63,753 nucleotides of DNA, filler included, from Octopus bimaculoides (GCF_001194135.2; 3 parts of 3 records of this genome joined end to end with filler, not necessarily neighbours in it), one strand, 5' to 3'; counted from the first letter of the whole stretch, positions 41,250 to 55,692 are shown. Notes: generated by a model not told the origin, from the letters alone. Program-made: numbers and translations.

Positions 41250-42255
41250 GAAGAGACCATATTATCGGTATAGACATATCTTCCACATAGAGAACATTCA
41301 GTTGAAGTCCCCAGCTTCGTTTCGATTGCGTGAAGGAAGAATTCACTATTGGAAGGTGCTCAAAATTATAAGCACTATGGCTTGGAAATCAGATTGGTAT
41401 CAAAATCCGAACAGATGGGAAATGCGGGACAGAAAATCATGTAAAAGCTGTAGAGTTCCGGTTAAGGAAGAGAGTGCTACAAAGAGCAGTACGTCGCGGA
41501 AGTTTAGCAAGGCACATCGAAGAAGGATAGGAAGTTATTGATTCGAAATGATGGGTGCATCGGTGGGGAAAATGCAACGTAATGACTAGACTGCAACAAT
41601 AATGAGCCGCGATTGTTTGAGAGCAAGCACTTGGCTGGAAAAATGGAGAACGAACGTCCAACAAATAAGAACCTTATAATTTGTTCTGGCTGGAACCGTC
41701 AGTTTACTTGGAATGGAACCATCAACTTGTTTTCTGTGTCTGAAGGAAGGGACCCTGACCCTGACACACATCGAAAAAGTAAGCTCAAGACTACTTGCAG
41801 AAAATGGTACAGGGTGCCAGCAATAATAGGATTAGCCGTGATAGAATCATGCGACCAATGAAAATGACAATCGTTAAAGCAGAAAAGTTTTGTTGTCCGC
41901 TGTGTTGGAAGACCATTGGCGATGAGGCATCTCTTAACTTTTATGAAAGCATGTCTCTGAAACCCGCTGGAAACTCTGGTTGCCTCCGATAATCGGCGGT
42001 GACTTGGTCAACGAATCCTCTGTGGTGGTCAACATGAACTGCTATGGGGCACACCGTCCCAAAATGTGCATGCATGTAACCGAGGACCACATGTGAATTT
42101 GTACTCCCGTTGAAACTACGAACATGGACTATTTACCTCAAAAGCGAATGACGATTACAACCGGCCGAACGTCGAATATGGTCGGCATTCATGAGGGACA
42201 GGGTGAACTTCTTGGACGCAACTGACAAGTACAAGTACAAGAACAAATACAAGTA
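41250..42255 (+). mobile_element. Degenerate RTE-clade LINE 3' part
   Basis: Frameshifted pieces RNDGCIGGE, LQKMVQ..NRISRDRIMR, RILCG..LLWGT and AERRIWSAFMRDRVNFLD match the RTE C-terminal region. It ends in a (CAAGTA)n-like tail at 42226-42255. Confidence 0.65.
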
Positions 42256-42519
42256 CTGGAAAGTAACCGGTACAGTCATGACCACCTCCTCTGAAGTGGT
42301 AGCACATGGCATCATGTAGCTATAGAAATACTGTCATAAAATATAAACGAGATTAAATTTCGAGTTTATTATATGAGAAGTCTCCTCGATCAGAGCTGAC
42401 CTTAGGTAAAAGACAACAAGTATAACAACAACAGCTATTGTAAAAAAAAAAAAGAGATAGAATACTCCAATCCTACCGCTAACGATAACAAGGAAAAACT
42501 AAACAGGAAGAAGCATTAA

Positions 42520-42584
42520 AAACGAGAACAACAACAACAACAACAGCAATAGTAACTACATCAACAACAAGGATGATGATGGTA

Positions 42585-42653
<69 letters not shown>

Positions 42654-42892
42654 GTGTTGATGATGATGATGATGGTGATGATGATGACAACGACAATGAT
42701 AAGAGCAACGAAAGTAACACGAAGGACTAAAAAACAGCAAAAGAATAACAAAATTGAAAACTAGAAAATAAACGGTTTAAGTTGTAACACAAAAAACAAC
42801 AAACATACAAGAGAACAATAAAAGCAACAACATAAACATTAGGAAAAATATCAGCAACAGTGACAATAATAACTATAACAACAACAACGATA

Positions 42893-42951
<59 letters not shown>

Positions 42952-43000
42952 ATTGCTATAAACACTAAAATCAACATTGACAGTAACAGCAACAAGCATT
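42520..43000. repeat. Compound trinucleotide microsatellite (AAC/AAT/GAT/ACT)
   Basis: Read directly from the sequence. Confidence 0.95.
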
Positions 43001-43820
43001 ACATTTAAGAAATATATATATATAAAAAATAGATATATATAAGAAAAGGAAATAGATTTAAATGTGAAACTAAAATTATTCCGAGTGAATAAAAAAATAA
43101 AAATCAGATGAGAAAATAAAAATGAAAAGGGGAAAATAGAAAGATGGGGTATGATGTGGTTGCGGGTGGGTTGGTGGGGTATGCAATATTANNNNNNNNN
43201 NNNNNNNNNNNNNNNNNNNNNNNNNNNNNNNNNNNNNNNNNNNNNNNNNNNNNNNNNNNNNNNNNNNNNNNNNNNNNNNNNNNNNNNNNNNNNNNNNNNN
43301 NNNNNNNNNNNNNNNNNNNNNNNNNNNNNNNNNNNNNNNNNNNNNNNNNNNNNNNNNNNNNNNNNNNNNNNNNNNNNNNNNNNNNNNNNNNNNNNNNNNN
43401 NNNNNNNNNNNNNNNNNNNNNNNNNNNNNNNNNNNNNNNNNNNNNNNNNNNNNNNNNNNNNNNNNNNNNNNNNNNNNNNNNNNNNNNNNNNNNNNNNNNN
43501 NNNNNNNNNNNNNNNNNNNNNNNNNNNNNNNNNNNNNNNNNNNNNNNNNNNNNNNNNNNNNNNNNNNNNNNNNNNNNNNNNNNNNNNNNNNNNNNNNNNN
43601 NNNNNNNNNNNNNNNNNNNNNNNNNNNNNNNNNNNNNNNNNNNNNNNNNNNNNNNNNNNNNNNNNNNNNNNNNNNNNNNNNNNNNNNNNNNNNNNNNNNN
43701 NNNNNNNNNNNNNNNNNNNNNNNNNNNNNNNNNNNNNNNNNNNNNNNNNNNNNNNNNNNNNNNNNNNNNNNNNNNNNNNNNNNNNNNNNNNNNNNNNNNN
43801 NNNNNNNNNNNNNNNNNNNN

Positions 43821-43853
<33 letters not shown>

Positions 43854-44729
43854 ATACATGTATATATATGTATATATATATATGTATATGTATGTATATG
43901 TGTATATATATATTACATACATACATCGTTACATACATACATGTACACGTTCATAAATGTGTATTATGTATGTATGTATGTATGTATGTATGTATGTATA
44001 CATTTGTGTGTACATATCTGTGTGTCAAGAGAATTGCAGGAAAATCTCGACCTGATGATGATAATGATGATGTTCATAACAGTGATGAAGACAATGATAT
44101 ATATATATGTGTGTGTGTGTGTGTGTTCGTGTATATATATATATGTATGTATGTTTGTATGTATGTATATATATAAGTGTATATGTATGCATGTATGCAT
44201 GTATGCGTGTATACACAGCAAACGATCGGTATGAAGATATAATAACGAGCAACAAAGTAAAGGTTAGCCATTGTTGGTTAACAGTCGGTGTTATTATCGG
44301 CGGCCATTGATATATGAATAGTTTGCCGGCATTCATCATAATCTACATAGATTGTCATGGAAGAATTTCTCTCATATGAATTAATCATTCCTCGCTGTGT
44401 TGTATCAGAGGTATCTCACGACAGTGTGATAAATGATCTGTTGAATGCGTCTTCTACACGTAAAGTTAGTTCAACTGCACAGCTATGATTTGTAGCACGT
44501 ATTGTGATTGTAAGAATGGAAAGCAGGGTGGTTTGAGAGCGAAACAAAACGAAAGTGTGTGCTTTTGTGAATGCCTATAATGGCTATTCGTGTTGTTCCT
44601 GTTGTTATTGTTGGTCTGGTGGTCATTGTCCAGTTGTCCAGCTGAGGTGACTGGTGTTACTGAAATGTCTTGATGTTCACACACACAAACACACATTCAC
44701 ACACACATAGATTTATATGTGTACATATC

Positions 44730-44801
<72 letters not shown>

Positions 44802-45063
44802 CATATACATATGTATAAATATATGTACATTTATACACATATATATTTTGCATATATAGAATGCATGTATGAATATTTGCACAGTTACTCCAATATGCAT
44901 ACATACGAACGTACACACATGTTTACAAAGATATATATATAAATATGCATATGTAGATATCATCTCAATATATATATGAATATTAACCATACACACACAT
45001 ACACATGCATATGTATATATATGTATATATATATATATGTATATGTATATATATATATATGCG

Positions 45064-45094
<31 letters not shown>

Positions 45095-45174
45095 GTAAAC
45101 AAAGTTTGTCTGAGAAGCGTTGTGATGTATTGAAAGACCTCTGTCTTATATATTTATATATANNNNNNNNNNNN

Positions 45175-45223
<49 letters not shown>

Positions 45224-45624
45224 CATATGTATCATGCATACATTTACACGCGCACATGTATATATCCATGTATCACATCATATATGTATATATATATGTG
45301 TGTGTGTGTGTTTTCATTTTTGTTTATCGGTTAATATGTGCGTGCATTGAAAATTTACAGCGTTCGTTACTTCGAATTTCACGCTATATTTTGTCTCCAC
45401 GGTTAATTTGTGTTATCGGTTAAAAGCTGATATAAAGATATATAAGTCTGGTCAAACTGATGCTCATAAATACTAAGATTCTAACGTTTATTGGTTAAAC
45501 TTTAAACGTTTACCACTGTCAAGGGAAATAATAGAAATGAACTATAACTATAAATATAAAGGAAAAGAACTGAACTGTTAGACAAAGGTAAAAACAGGGT
45601 GAAGGATGCAAATCATTATATGAT

Positions 45625-45808
45625 TGACTGTGTGGTTAAGACGCTCGTTTTGCAATCACGTGGTTATGGGATCAGTTCCACTGCTCGGAACCTTGGGCAA
45701 GTGTTTTCTCCTATAGCTCCGGACAGGCCAATACTTGGATTGAATTTAGCCAGAAGCTCTTTAAGCACATCTTATATCTATCTATCTGTCTATCTATCTA
45801 TCTGTCTG

Positions 45809-45844
<36 letters not shown>

Positions 45845-46285
45845 CTGTCTGTCTGTCTGCCTGTCTGTCTGTCTATCTATCTGTCTGTCTGTCTGTCTGT
45901 CTGTGTATCTATCTGTGTTTCTCTGTGTGTGTGTGTGTCTGTCTGTCTGTCTGTCCATCCGTCTGTGTGTCTATGTGTCTGTGTGTCCGTCAGTCTGCTT
46001 CTGTCTGTCTCTCTCTCTGTATATTTATACGTGTGTGTGTGTGTGTGTGTGTGTGTGCCTGTACGTGCGTGTGCGCGCGCGGCATGGTGTATGTATTTCT
46101 CTGCGTTAACGTTTCCCCCTTCGTAGCGCTTGAAAACTGTCGCCTGTTTGTTTACGTCTCCGTAAACTAGCGTTTCAGCAAAACAGAACGATTGAATAAG
46201 CAGCTGATCCGACTAAACACTCCAAATCGATGCTCCAGCATGGCCACATTCTAATGACTGAAAGAAATAAAGGAAGGTAAAAGAC
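45625..46285 (+). mobile_element. SINE family B split by an expanded (TCTA/TCTG/TG) microsatellite
   Basis: 5' half (ctgtgtggttaag...ccttgggcaagtg...ctatagc) at 45625-45760 and 3' half (gtttacgtctccgtaaactagcg...ccagcatggccac...atgactgaaa) at 46090-46285. Confidence 0.75.
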
Positions 46286-46439
46286 GAAGGTGCTTAAATT
46301 TAATGTGATATTATAAAGACAATAAATACAATTGAAAACATGGCCGTTTAATATTGTTGAATATAATGCATTATTTTTTTAAAAAGTTCTTTAACCTGAA
46401 TACTTTATAGTCTAGCAACAATATATTCCTCCATTAAGG

Positions 46440-46880
46440 ATTTCAAAAGAGTTGGTAAACATACCGGGTAACATCGTTTTAAATATTTGGCTACAGTTTT
46501 AGATTTAAAGCTAATGGGCGTTAAGCTCTTTGATCATAAGATGAAGATGGGTTAAATGGCTTACAGGGAAATATATTTCACATTCACTACAAAGGGCGTC
46601 CCATTTCATTGATTTGGCATTTATAGAGATGATGGTCTGTTGATCCCTTTTCTAAAATAGGCCACCAGATCTATAGAATTAGGAAAGCCTTACTTAATAA
46701 CTTCTAGACGTCAATAAGGTTAAATCTGTAATTATAGGAAGCCAAAAAAAATAATAAAAAAAAACTACCAAATAATAATAAGTTTTCTAATCGCTCTTTT
46801 ATATATTTCGAAGAATTTAGTAAAAATATTAGCCACCGTATATCCAAAATTTTATCTGATGAAATCTTTAACAGTGACTC
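46440..46880 (+). mobile_element. Penelope-like element RT remnant
   Basis: FGIYRDDGLL at about 46613-46642 is the PLE-type YRDD catalytic motif. Downstream FSKNISHRISKILSDEIFN is typical of the PLE thumb region. Confidence 0.65.
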
Positions 46881-47340
46881 ACTTTAAAAACTCATCTTGA
46901 GAATGTGTTCTCCCTAGGGAAAATAGTGTATATTCTAAATTAATTGCTGGCAGGGACACTGTAGTTTTTTATACGACCGTTACATACTACCAAGTGCATT
47001 AAAGACTTTATAAATCAATACTGTTTCCCAATTGTGTTAGCAGTGTTATTCAATCACATTTTAAAGCTATCTCTACAGATGTTTAATCACCGAAACATGC
47101 ATATAAATCCTTTATATATTTTTCTATTTACGATTGTTTCCTTAAATGCATTCGTGTACGAAAATCGTTACTTTCAGTGCTGGATCTAGTTTCTATAACA
47201 GGTCTGTAGAGATAACTTTAGTAAGTAATTACATCGCACTGCCAACCCAGTATTCATTCATCAGTCTTTAATATACTTTGCAGTATATTACGATTGCATA
47301 ACGAAATTCTTGTCCCTGCCAGCATTTAATTTGCGTTAAT

Positions 47341-47760
47341 GCTGAGACGTGGCGAACAACAGTTAAGTCAAATAATCAAATACAATCATTCATCAACAGG
47401 TGCTTGCGTAGTATACTTAAAATTAGATGGCCCGAACACATAAGCAATATGGAGCTATGGCAAAGAACGAATCAAGTTTCGATTAGAGAGAAAATATTTA
47501 AGAAAAAGTGGAAGTGGATTGGTAGGACAATTAGAAAAGACAGACCAAATGTAGCGAAAAGTGCTTTACAGTGGAATCCGGATGGATATAGAAAGAGGGG
47601 TGGGCCTAAGAACTCGTGGCGTAGATCAACACAAAGGGAACTAGAGAAAGGCGGACATTCATGGCAGAGTATAAGTACAGAAGTGAGAAATTATGCGACA
47701 TGGAATTCAATTATAAGTGGCCTATACTCCGCGTTGGAGGGTTAAAGGCAAGAAGAAAAA
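47341..47760 (+). mobile_element. RTE-clade LINE 3' fragment with an open C-terminal frame
   Basis: AETWRTT...QSFINRCLRSILKIRWPEHISNMELWQRT...KWKWIGRTIRK...ALQWNPDGYRKRGGPKNSWRR is the classic RTE C-terminus; stop at 47743-47745. Confidence 0.9.
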
Positions 47761-48539
47761 AACAGCATTTAATTCGCACGTACCAGTTGCTAGTAATGTA
47801 AATATTATGTAAAGTTGGTCCATCCAATTCTGTAACACCGTTAAATTTGGCAGCTATTTAAGCAGTGTGTCCGTGGATGGTTACTGTGTTGAATGTGGCG
47901 CTGACGAAGGGGAAAAAACTTCTGAAATATGCATATACACGCATTATCTCTACTTTCTATCTTCGATCGCATTGTTTACATAGAAGTATTTTTATACAAA
48001 GCGTCGTGAATTTGAATGATGGATCTAATTCAGATAGAAAGTCTGGAGAGATAACTTTAAAAAGCGATTCTAAATTAAATATCTTAAATAACTTTTATAA
48101 TCGAAAAATGCTGCGAAAACGTAAAAAAAGATCCTATGGACCTTCATGAAACATTAAAACGGAATGGTTATTCCATCGCCTTTAGGCAACAACAGCCAGA
48201 AATAAAGAATTGAATAATTTCAACTTCTATTCAATACTTTCTTCCTCTATCTTTCTTTCCAGTTATTTATTTGTTATCAGGACCGAATGTCTGCCTCTCT
48301 TTGAGTATATACATATATATGTACACATTCACAAATATATGTGTGATATATATGTATATAATGATATATTAATAATAAATTCCCGTATATTCCATCTTCC
48401 GTCTTTCATTTGCCATACACACACACACACACATATATATATATACAAACATATATACATATATATATCTATGCACATATGTATACATACATATATATAT
48501 ATATACATATATCTATCTATCTATACATATATATCCATC

Positions 48540-48615
<76 letters not shown>

Positions 48616-48618
<3 letters not shown>

Positions 48619-48775
48619 GGTTTCTTCCAGATTGCGTCTACCAGAGACACTCCTAAGACCTTGGTTGGCCCGTGGCTATAGTAGAAGATACTTGCTCATG
48701 CTGCTACGTTATGGGACTGAACCTACAACCATTTGGATGGGAAGAAGTCTTTTCAACTGTGTCTATGCTATATAC
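48616..48775 (-). mobile_element. SINE family B, 5' half
   Basis: ccttggttggcccgtggctatagtagaagatacttgc...gggactgaacc. Confidence 0.75.
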
Positions 48776-50068
48776 ATTTTGGATGGATCGTGGAATTGAT
48801 ATGTAATTTCGTAAAGACGTTAAATTATTATATATAGTGCTTTAAATGGTGCTGCAGATATCCCGCAGTCCTATATATGAAACTGCTGGATATCTTGCTG
48901 GGCTTATTATTTTTGACATAAATACATACGCAAGTTCGTTGCGTGATGTTATTTTAGTTTTGCGCGAATCTAGAACATTAACTATTTTATTCAATGTGTT
49001 TCTAACTCAGTTGTGATAAATTGCTTGATAGCTATTTCATCTTTAGGTGTATATGTGATTTACGTGACGCCAACGGGAACCAATACATTAAGGAAACTGC
49101 ATTTATCGATACTAAGGTAAAACTCCGAATACTAAGTAAAATAAAACACCATTTTGCAAAGAAAATCCTAGTTAATGTCTACATGTCGCCATCAGGATTG
49201 TTTTTGAATTTTCAATAATGACAAAACGTGCGAAACGTTTGACCCACGAAATATGGATCAGCATTCGTCTGGAAGTGTACCATGGCAAAAACTGGACGAA
49301 GCAGACCAGAGATCAACAAAAAGGAGCATCGCACATCTGTTGTATTGTTCGGACATTTTACAGCTCGTGTCACAAAATGTGTTCGTTTTCTCCGGTCACA
49401 AAAAATTCGATTAACTGCTATGAATTAGATCGATCCAATACATACAAATAATTTCCGTAACGCAATGTATTGAATAGATTTCATCAGTGATTTAATATTC
49501 TCTTTAACTTTGCCTGGGATCGCTATTTAAGAATAAGGAATCAAGTAAACTGGGCAGACCGATTTGCATAAACAGCGCTTTCCTGGAGAGCGGGTTTGGC
49601 TATTTGAATTCTGATGGCAACGGTGGTAATGTCGAAGGATTTTACTATTCGAAAATGCTTCGTAATTGCGTTTCCCTTGGGCATCATAAATGACGTGCAA
49701 AGGGACAACTAGGGGGAGCATGCCGCAACGTCTTCCTTTGGCCTCTTCATTGAGGAGGAACACTCTAGATGCAGATAAACAAACCTTCCGTAAAAGGAGA
49801 GAGTTAATCTATATTTATTTAACGAAGTGATTTACAAACTCACACACACACACACACACGTGTATATGTCACACACACACACACACACACAAGTGTATAT
49901 GTCACACACACACACACACACACAACACACACATGTATGTGTCGGTCCATCCAGGTTTCGAATATTATTTGTACATTTTTACCCCACTCTCTCTTTCCTC
50001 CTTCTTTTCTGCCTTGCTTGCTTCTTTGTTCGTTTGTTTCTTTCTTTCATTCTTTCTCTCTCTGACCA

Positions 50069-50124
<56 letters not shown>

Positions 50125-50138
50125 CTCTCTCTATTTAC

Positions 50139-50183
<45 letters not shown>

Positions 50184-51514
50184 CATCTTCCTTTCTCTCA
50201 TTCACTCTCACCTTATCCCTTAGCGTTTCATTTTCTACCGAGCTTTACGTCTCTTCCATTTTTCTCCGTCTCTCCACTCTCTTTCTCTCTCTCTTCCCTC
50301 TCTTTCTTTCTCTCTCTCTCTTCCTCTTAGCGATACCTCTCATTCATACGTTTCCTTATCTCTGTCTTTAGCTCTTACTTCACTTTCCCACGTGACCCCC
50401 TCCCTTCATCAGCCTCACCCCCCACACCGGCATGCATGCAGATATATAAGCAATATTCATCAATCATTACCACAATGTTAGAAAGATAATGGCTTTATAT
50501 TCTCGTTTGTTAGATGAAACACACAGACCTACACATGCATACATACCTACATACACACACATATATACATACACTCTTATACACGCATACAAGCACGTGC
50601 AACTATACATGTGAATGTTAAGTATGTAGATACCTATATATATATTATGTACATACATACATTCATATATATATGCATATATATATATATATGTTTATAT
50701 ATATATATNNNNNNNNNNNNNNNNNNNNNNNNNNNNNNNNNNNNNNNNNNNNNNNNNNNNNNNNNNNNNNNNNNNNNNNNNNNNNNNNNNNNNNNNNNNN
50801 NNNNNNNNNNNNNNNNNNNNNNNNNNNNNNNNNNNNNNNNNNNNNNNNNNNNNNNNNNNNNNNNNNNNNNNNNNNNNNNNNNNNNNNNNNNNNNNNNNNN
50901 NNNNNNNNNNNNNNNNNNNNNNNNNNNNNNNNNNNNNNNNNNNNNNNNNNNNNNNNNNNNNNNNNNNNNNNNNNNNNNNNNNNNNNNNNNNNNNNNNNNN
51001 NNNNNNNNNNNNNNNNNNNNNNNNNNNNNNNNNNNNNNNNNNNNNNNNNNNNNNNNNNNNNNNNNNNNNNNNNNNNNNNNNNNNNNNNNNNNNNNNNNNN
51101 NNNNNNNNNNNNNNNNNNNNNNNNNNNNNNNNNNNNNNNNNNNNNNNNNNNNNNNNNNNNNNNNNNNNNNNNNNNNNNNNNNNNNNNNNNNNNNNNNNNN
51201 NNNNNNNNNNNNNNNNNNNNNNNNNNNNNNNNNNNNNNNNNNNNNNNNNNNNNNNNNNNATATATATATATATATATATATACATATATATACATATACA
51301 TGTACATACATATGCATTCATATATGTACATATATGTATCTATGTTTATATGTAAACACACAACCACACATTCATACATGCTGCCATCACACATTCATGT
51401 ATATACACATATTCACACCCGCATCACATATACCAAAACACATGCACACTCACCCAGGCACCCCTAAAATATACACACTCGCATTTATCTATGTCAGTAT
51501 AGTGTTCCTAATAC

Positions 51515-51744
51515 GGTAGCGAGGTGGCAGAATCGTTAGCACTCCGGGTGAAGTACTTACCGGCATTTCATCTGTCGCTACGTTCTGTGTTCGAATTACG
51601 CCGAGGTCGACTTCGCCTTTCATCTTTTCGGGGTCGATTAAATAAGTACCAGTTACGCACTGGGGTCGATGCAATCGACTTAATCCCTTTGTCTATCCTT
51701 TTTGTCCCCTCTATGTTTAGCCCCCTGTGGGCAATGAAGAAATA
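51515..51744 (+). mobile_element. SINE family A (tail type 1)
   Basis: Full head, body and tail, colinear with 60666-60896. Confidence 0.9.
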
Positions 51745-51803
51745 AACAGTAATCATGATATTCGAGTTTCTTGCATGAAGAAACACAACTTAGTCGCACA
51801 AAT

Positions 51804-51850
<47 letters not shown>

Positions 51851-52043
51851 CGTGCATACAAAATAACACACATATAGCCAACTACACAATTACACTCAGA
51901 CATTAATATTTTCACACACAACTATTCACACTAATATACACTCACTAGTGTAAAATCTTTGCTATCGACATAACACTTTATCCCATTTGCCCTGCATACC
52001 ACACGCACACACACTCACACACACGCACACACAAGCACATATA

Positions 52044-52195
52044 TACGATGGGATTCTTTCAGTTTCCGTCTGCCAAATTCACTGACGATGCATTGGTCGT
52101 CTTTTGTCTACAGTAGCAGATACTTACCCAAGGTGCTCTGCAGTGGTATGAACACCAAAACCGTATGTGTGCCGAACGAGCTTCTTGCTTGCAGT
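52044..52195 (-). mobile_element. SINE family B, 5' half
   Basis: tctttcagtttccgtctgccaaattc...cttacccaaggtgc. Confidence 0.7.
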
Positions 52196-52409
52196 GTGAA
52201 GTGTTTAAACTCTATAACACTTCTTGGACACACTCGGCTGTTGCAATGTAGGAAGTAAGTTATGCTGAAAGCACAGCGTTATCCTTAATATTTGCAACAA
52301 TTTCAAATTCTGAAAGAGGGGACACAAGAGTATGAGGTGCTACAAAAACTGACGCTCATTGAATTTGTCTCTGAAGAACAGGAATATAGCTTTCATGCAT
52401 TTTCTGTCC

Positions 52410-52751
52410 ACCGAAGTTATCCTCATATCAAACGCTGAAAATATTGCTTGCAACAGATCGAACTCCGATAAAGGTATTCAAATATCATGAGGTACTAAAG
52501 GAACCTAACGGCCGAGAGATACTGAAAAAAATTGACTACGGTGTAAGCTTTCCTCTCAGAAACGGAACACTTGATCATCGCATTGACTTCCATAAATAGT
52601 TTTTTCTACAGAAATTCTACCGAAATTATCCTCAGATCAAAGCGCTGGGACTAATGCTTGCAACAGAGCGAACTCCGATACAGGTATCCAAATTTCAGGA
52701 GGTATTAGAAGGACCCGACGACCAAGACCTACTGAAAATATTGACCACCGT
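52410..52751. repeat. Diverged direct repeat (about 133-bp units, period about 209 bp)
   Basis: 52410-52542 aligns with 52619-52751 (accgaa.ttatcctca.atcaaa...gcttgcaacaga.cgaactccgata...tactgaaaa). Confidence 0.85.
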
Positions 52752-53010
52752 TTTATGTCTAAATTTAAAATTATTATTAAAGACAACAGGAAGGCTGCAA
52801 GCTGGCGGAGTCGTCGGGCGAAATGCTGAATGGTATTTCGTCTGCCGTCACATTCTGAATAGAATGTGTGTGTGTGTGTGTGTGCATGTATATCATGTTA
52901 TATATATTTGTGCAGATGTTGTACATATATGTTTGTATATATGTGTGATTGTGTGTATATATATGTATGTATGTGAGTGTGTGTTTATATATATATATTT
53001 ATTTATAAAG

Positions 53011-53046
<36 letters not shown>

Positions 53047-53588
53047 GCATAGGTGTACATACGTATATATGTATGTATGCATACATGCATATATGTATGT
53101 GCGTATAAATATAGCAAGAATGATAGAGGAGTGTGTTCAGATAATGTTATATACACCAGAGAATAATATATTCCACCAAAATGGATTGCTGTAGAATATA
53201 TTCCAAATATAACCTGTTGGTGCTGAGAACAATCGATCGGTCCGCTGTGGTCGTCACCGTCGCAGTGTTGTCGTTATAGTTGTTGTAATGGTGGTAGTGG
53301 CATGGGTGGTGGTTGTTATGGTGGTAGTAGTGATCGTTGTTCATTTGGTTGTTGTTGTTGCTTTGATGGTTGTTGTGGTAGTGGTTGTCGGTGTTGCGTA
53401 TGTTGTAGTTGCTGTTGTTGTTAATGTTCGTGGTGGTGGTTGTGGTGGTGGTGGTCGTGGTACAAGTGTTGGTGTTCGTAGTGCCGTCGGCAGAGGTGAT
53501 GGCGCTGGTGATAGTTGTGATTTGTGATTGGTGTTGTTGTTATTGTAGTCGCTCTTGTTTATTGTTATTCATAGTGTGTTTCTTGTAA

Positions 53589-54140
53589 GGCGGCGAGCTT
53601 GGCAGAAACGTTAGCACGCTGGGCGAAATTCTTAGTGGTATTTCGTCTGTCTTTACGTTCTGAATTCAAATTCCACCGAGGTCGACTTGGCCTTTCATCT
53701 TTTCGGGGTCGACAAATTAAGTACCAGTTGCATACTGGGGTTGATCTAATCGACTGGCCTTCCCTCCCATAAAATTTCGAGCCTTGTGCCTAGAGCAGAA
53801 AAGGCTAATGTGTTTCTTGTGTTTGTTCTGATTTGAAATTCCGTTTGGGTCACCTTTCACTTTCAAACCTTGAGGGGTCGATAAAATAAGTTCCAATTAC
53901 GCATTGGAGTCGATATCATCGATTACCCACCTCTAATACAATTTCAGGACTTTTACCTATAATAAAAAACTATCAATAAAGAGGACGCGGTCTTATGCTC
54001 TAACTTCAAATCACGCCGAAGACGATTTTGCCTTTTGTCCCTTCGGGGTCAATAAAATAATTACAAATTGAGCACTGGGGTCAATGTAATCCATCAGCCC
54101 CCTTCCTCATATTTCAGGCCCTGTGCCTATTGCTAAGAGG
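53589..54140 (+). mobile_element. Three tandem SINE family A copies (53589-53803 full; 53835-53965 and 53985-54140 partial)
   Basis: Repeated ggggtcgat/aaaataagtaccag body motifs with type 2 tails. Confidence 0.85.
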
Positions 54141-54954
54141 ATTCTCATCCGTGTTGTTATCGTAATTTTCGTTTTTATTATGCCTGGCATTACTGTCTTT
54201 TGCTTTCTTTTTCTGGTTGTTGTGGTTCTTAATGTTGTTCACGTTGCTGAGATTCTTGCAAAGATAAGGATCACAGTAACGTTTGCAGTGTTTTTGTTGT
54301 TGTTATTGTTGCTGTTGTTGAATTATCCCGTCCAGGCTTGATCCAACAGACAAATGTGTGGCTTAAGACTTTCCCGGAAACGCAATTCCAATGTGTTATG
54401 CAGATACAGTCTATACTGGAATACGTTACCCAATGAAGATGTACGTTAATTAGTACAACTCGTTAACGCCGGGGTTGTTTAGTCACGGGTCGATCGTGCT
54501 CCAGAAGCTCTACGAGGATCTAACCCTAACCTGTAACCCTTCTGCATTTGTTTATCACCAGATACTACTTTGCTAAAGATTCTAAACAGAGCAGAGTGTG
54601 TTGGGAACTGTGGCGCTGCTTACTATTTCGAGCAGGATGTAAACCACATTGTCCTTCTATCTGAAATATTCAGGTTTCTTGTCAACGTTGAACTTTATGT
54701 TATTTATTTCAGACATTGGACTGCGACCGAAATGGAGCACTGCTTCGAGCACTATTAGCTGATCAAATCCACTGCAGTCCATATTTACACACCATGGTAC
54801 TCATTCGTCTGGTTTCGTGTGACAATCTGTTCAGATACGAGAACGTAAAGAAATCGACACCGCTTGTGATTCTGTGGGGCTCTACATCCGGTATCGATGT
54901 GAATGCACACATTATACATACACACACATGTACAAGTATATAAGTCGTCGCAGA

Positions 54955-55092
54955 CATGGCAGTGTGGTCATAACGATTGCTTTGTAACCACATGGTTTCA
55001 GGTCCAGTCCCACCGCGCGGCACATCGGACTAGTGTCTCCAATGCCATGTGTAAGAACTTGTTCGATGGAAAGTGGGAGGAAGCACGTCATA
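54955..55092 (+). mobile_element. SINE family B, diverged 5' half
   Basis: ggcagtgtggtcataa...ccacatggtttcaggtccagtcccaccgcgcggcac. Confidence 0.65.
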
Positions 55093-55692
55093 TATNNNNN
55101 NNNNNNNNNNNNNNNNNNNNNNNNNNNNNNNNNNNNNNNNNNNNNNNNNNNNNNNNNNNNNNNNNNNNNNNNNNNNNNNNNNNNNNNNNNNNNNNNNNNN
55201 NNNNNNNNNNNNNNNNNNNNNNNNNNNNNNNNNNNNNNNNNNNNNNNNNNNNNNNNNNNNNNNNNNNNNNNNNNNNNNNNNNNNNNNNNNNNNNNNNNNN
55301 NNNNNNNNNNNNNNNNNNNNNNNNNNNNNNNNNNNNNNNNNNNNNNNNNNNNNNNNNNNNNNNNNNNNNNNNNNNNNNNNNNNNNNNNNNNNNNNNNNNN
55401 NNNNNNNNNNNNNNNNNNNNNNNNNNNNNNNNNNNNNNNNNNNNNNNNNNNNNNNNNNNNNNNNNNNNNNNNNNNNNNNNNNNNNNNNNNNNNNNNNNNN
55501 NNNNNNNNNNNNNNNNNNNNNNNNNNNNNNNNNNNNNNNNNNNNNNNNNNNNNNNNNNNNNNNNNNNNNNNNNNNNNNNNNNNNNNNNNNNNNNNNNNNN
55601 NNNNNNNNNNNNNNNNNNNNNNNNNNNNNNNNNNNNNNNNNNNNNNNNNNNNNNNNNNNNNNNNNNNNNNNNNNNNNNNNNNNNNNNNNNNN

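Noticed and set aside
49540-49720. Octamer ATTTGCAT and CRE-like TGACGT motifs suggesting an enhancer
   Set aside because: Short motifs expected by chance; cannot be supported without conservation or chromatin data.
54589-54640. RAECVGNCGAAYYFEQD, resembling a furin-like repeat
   Set aside because: Too short, with a weak donor (gtaaac) and no supporting neighbouring exons.
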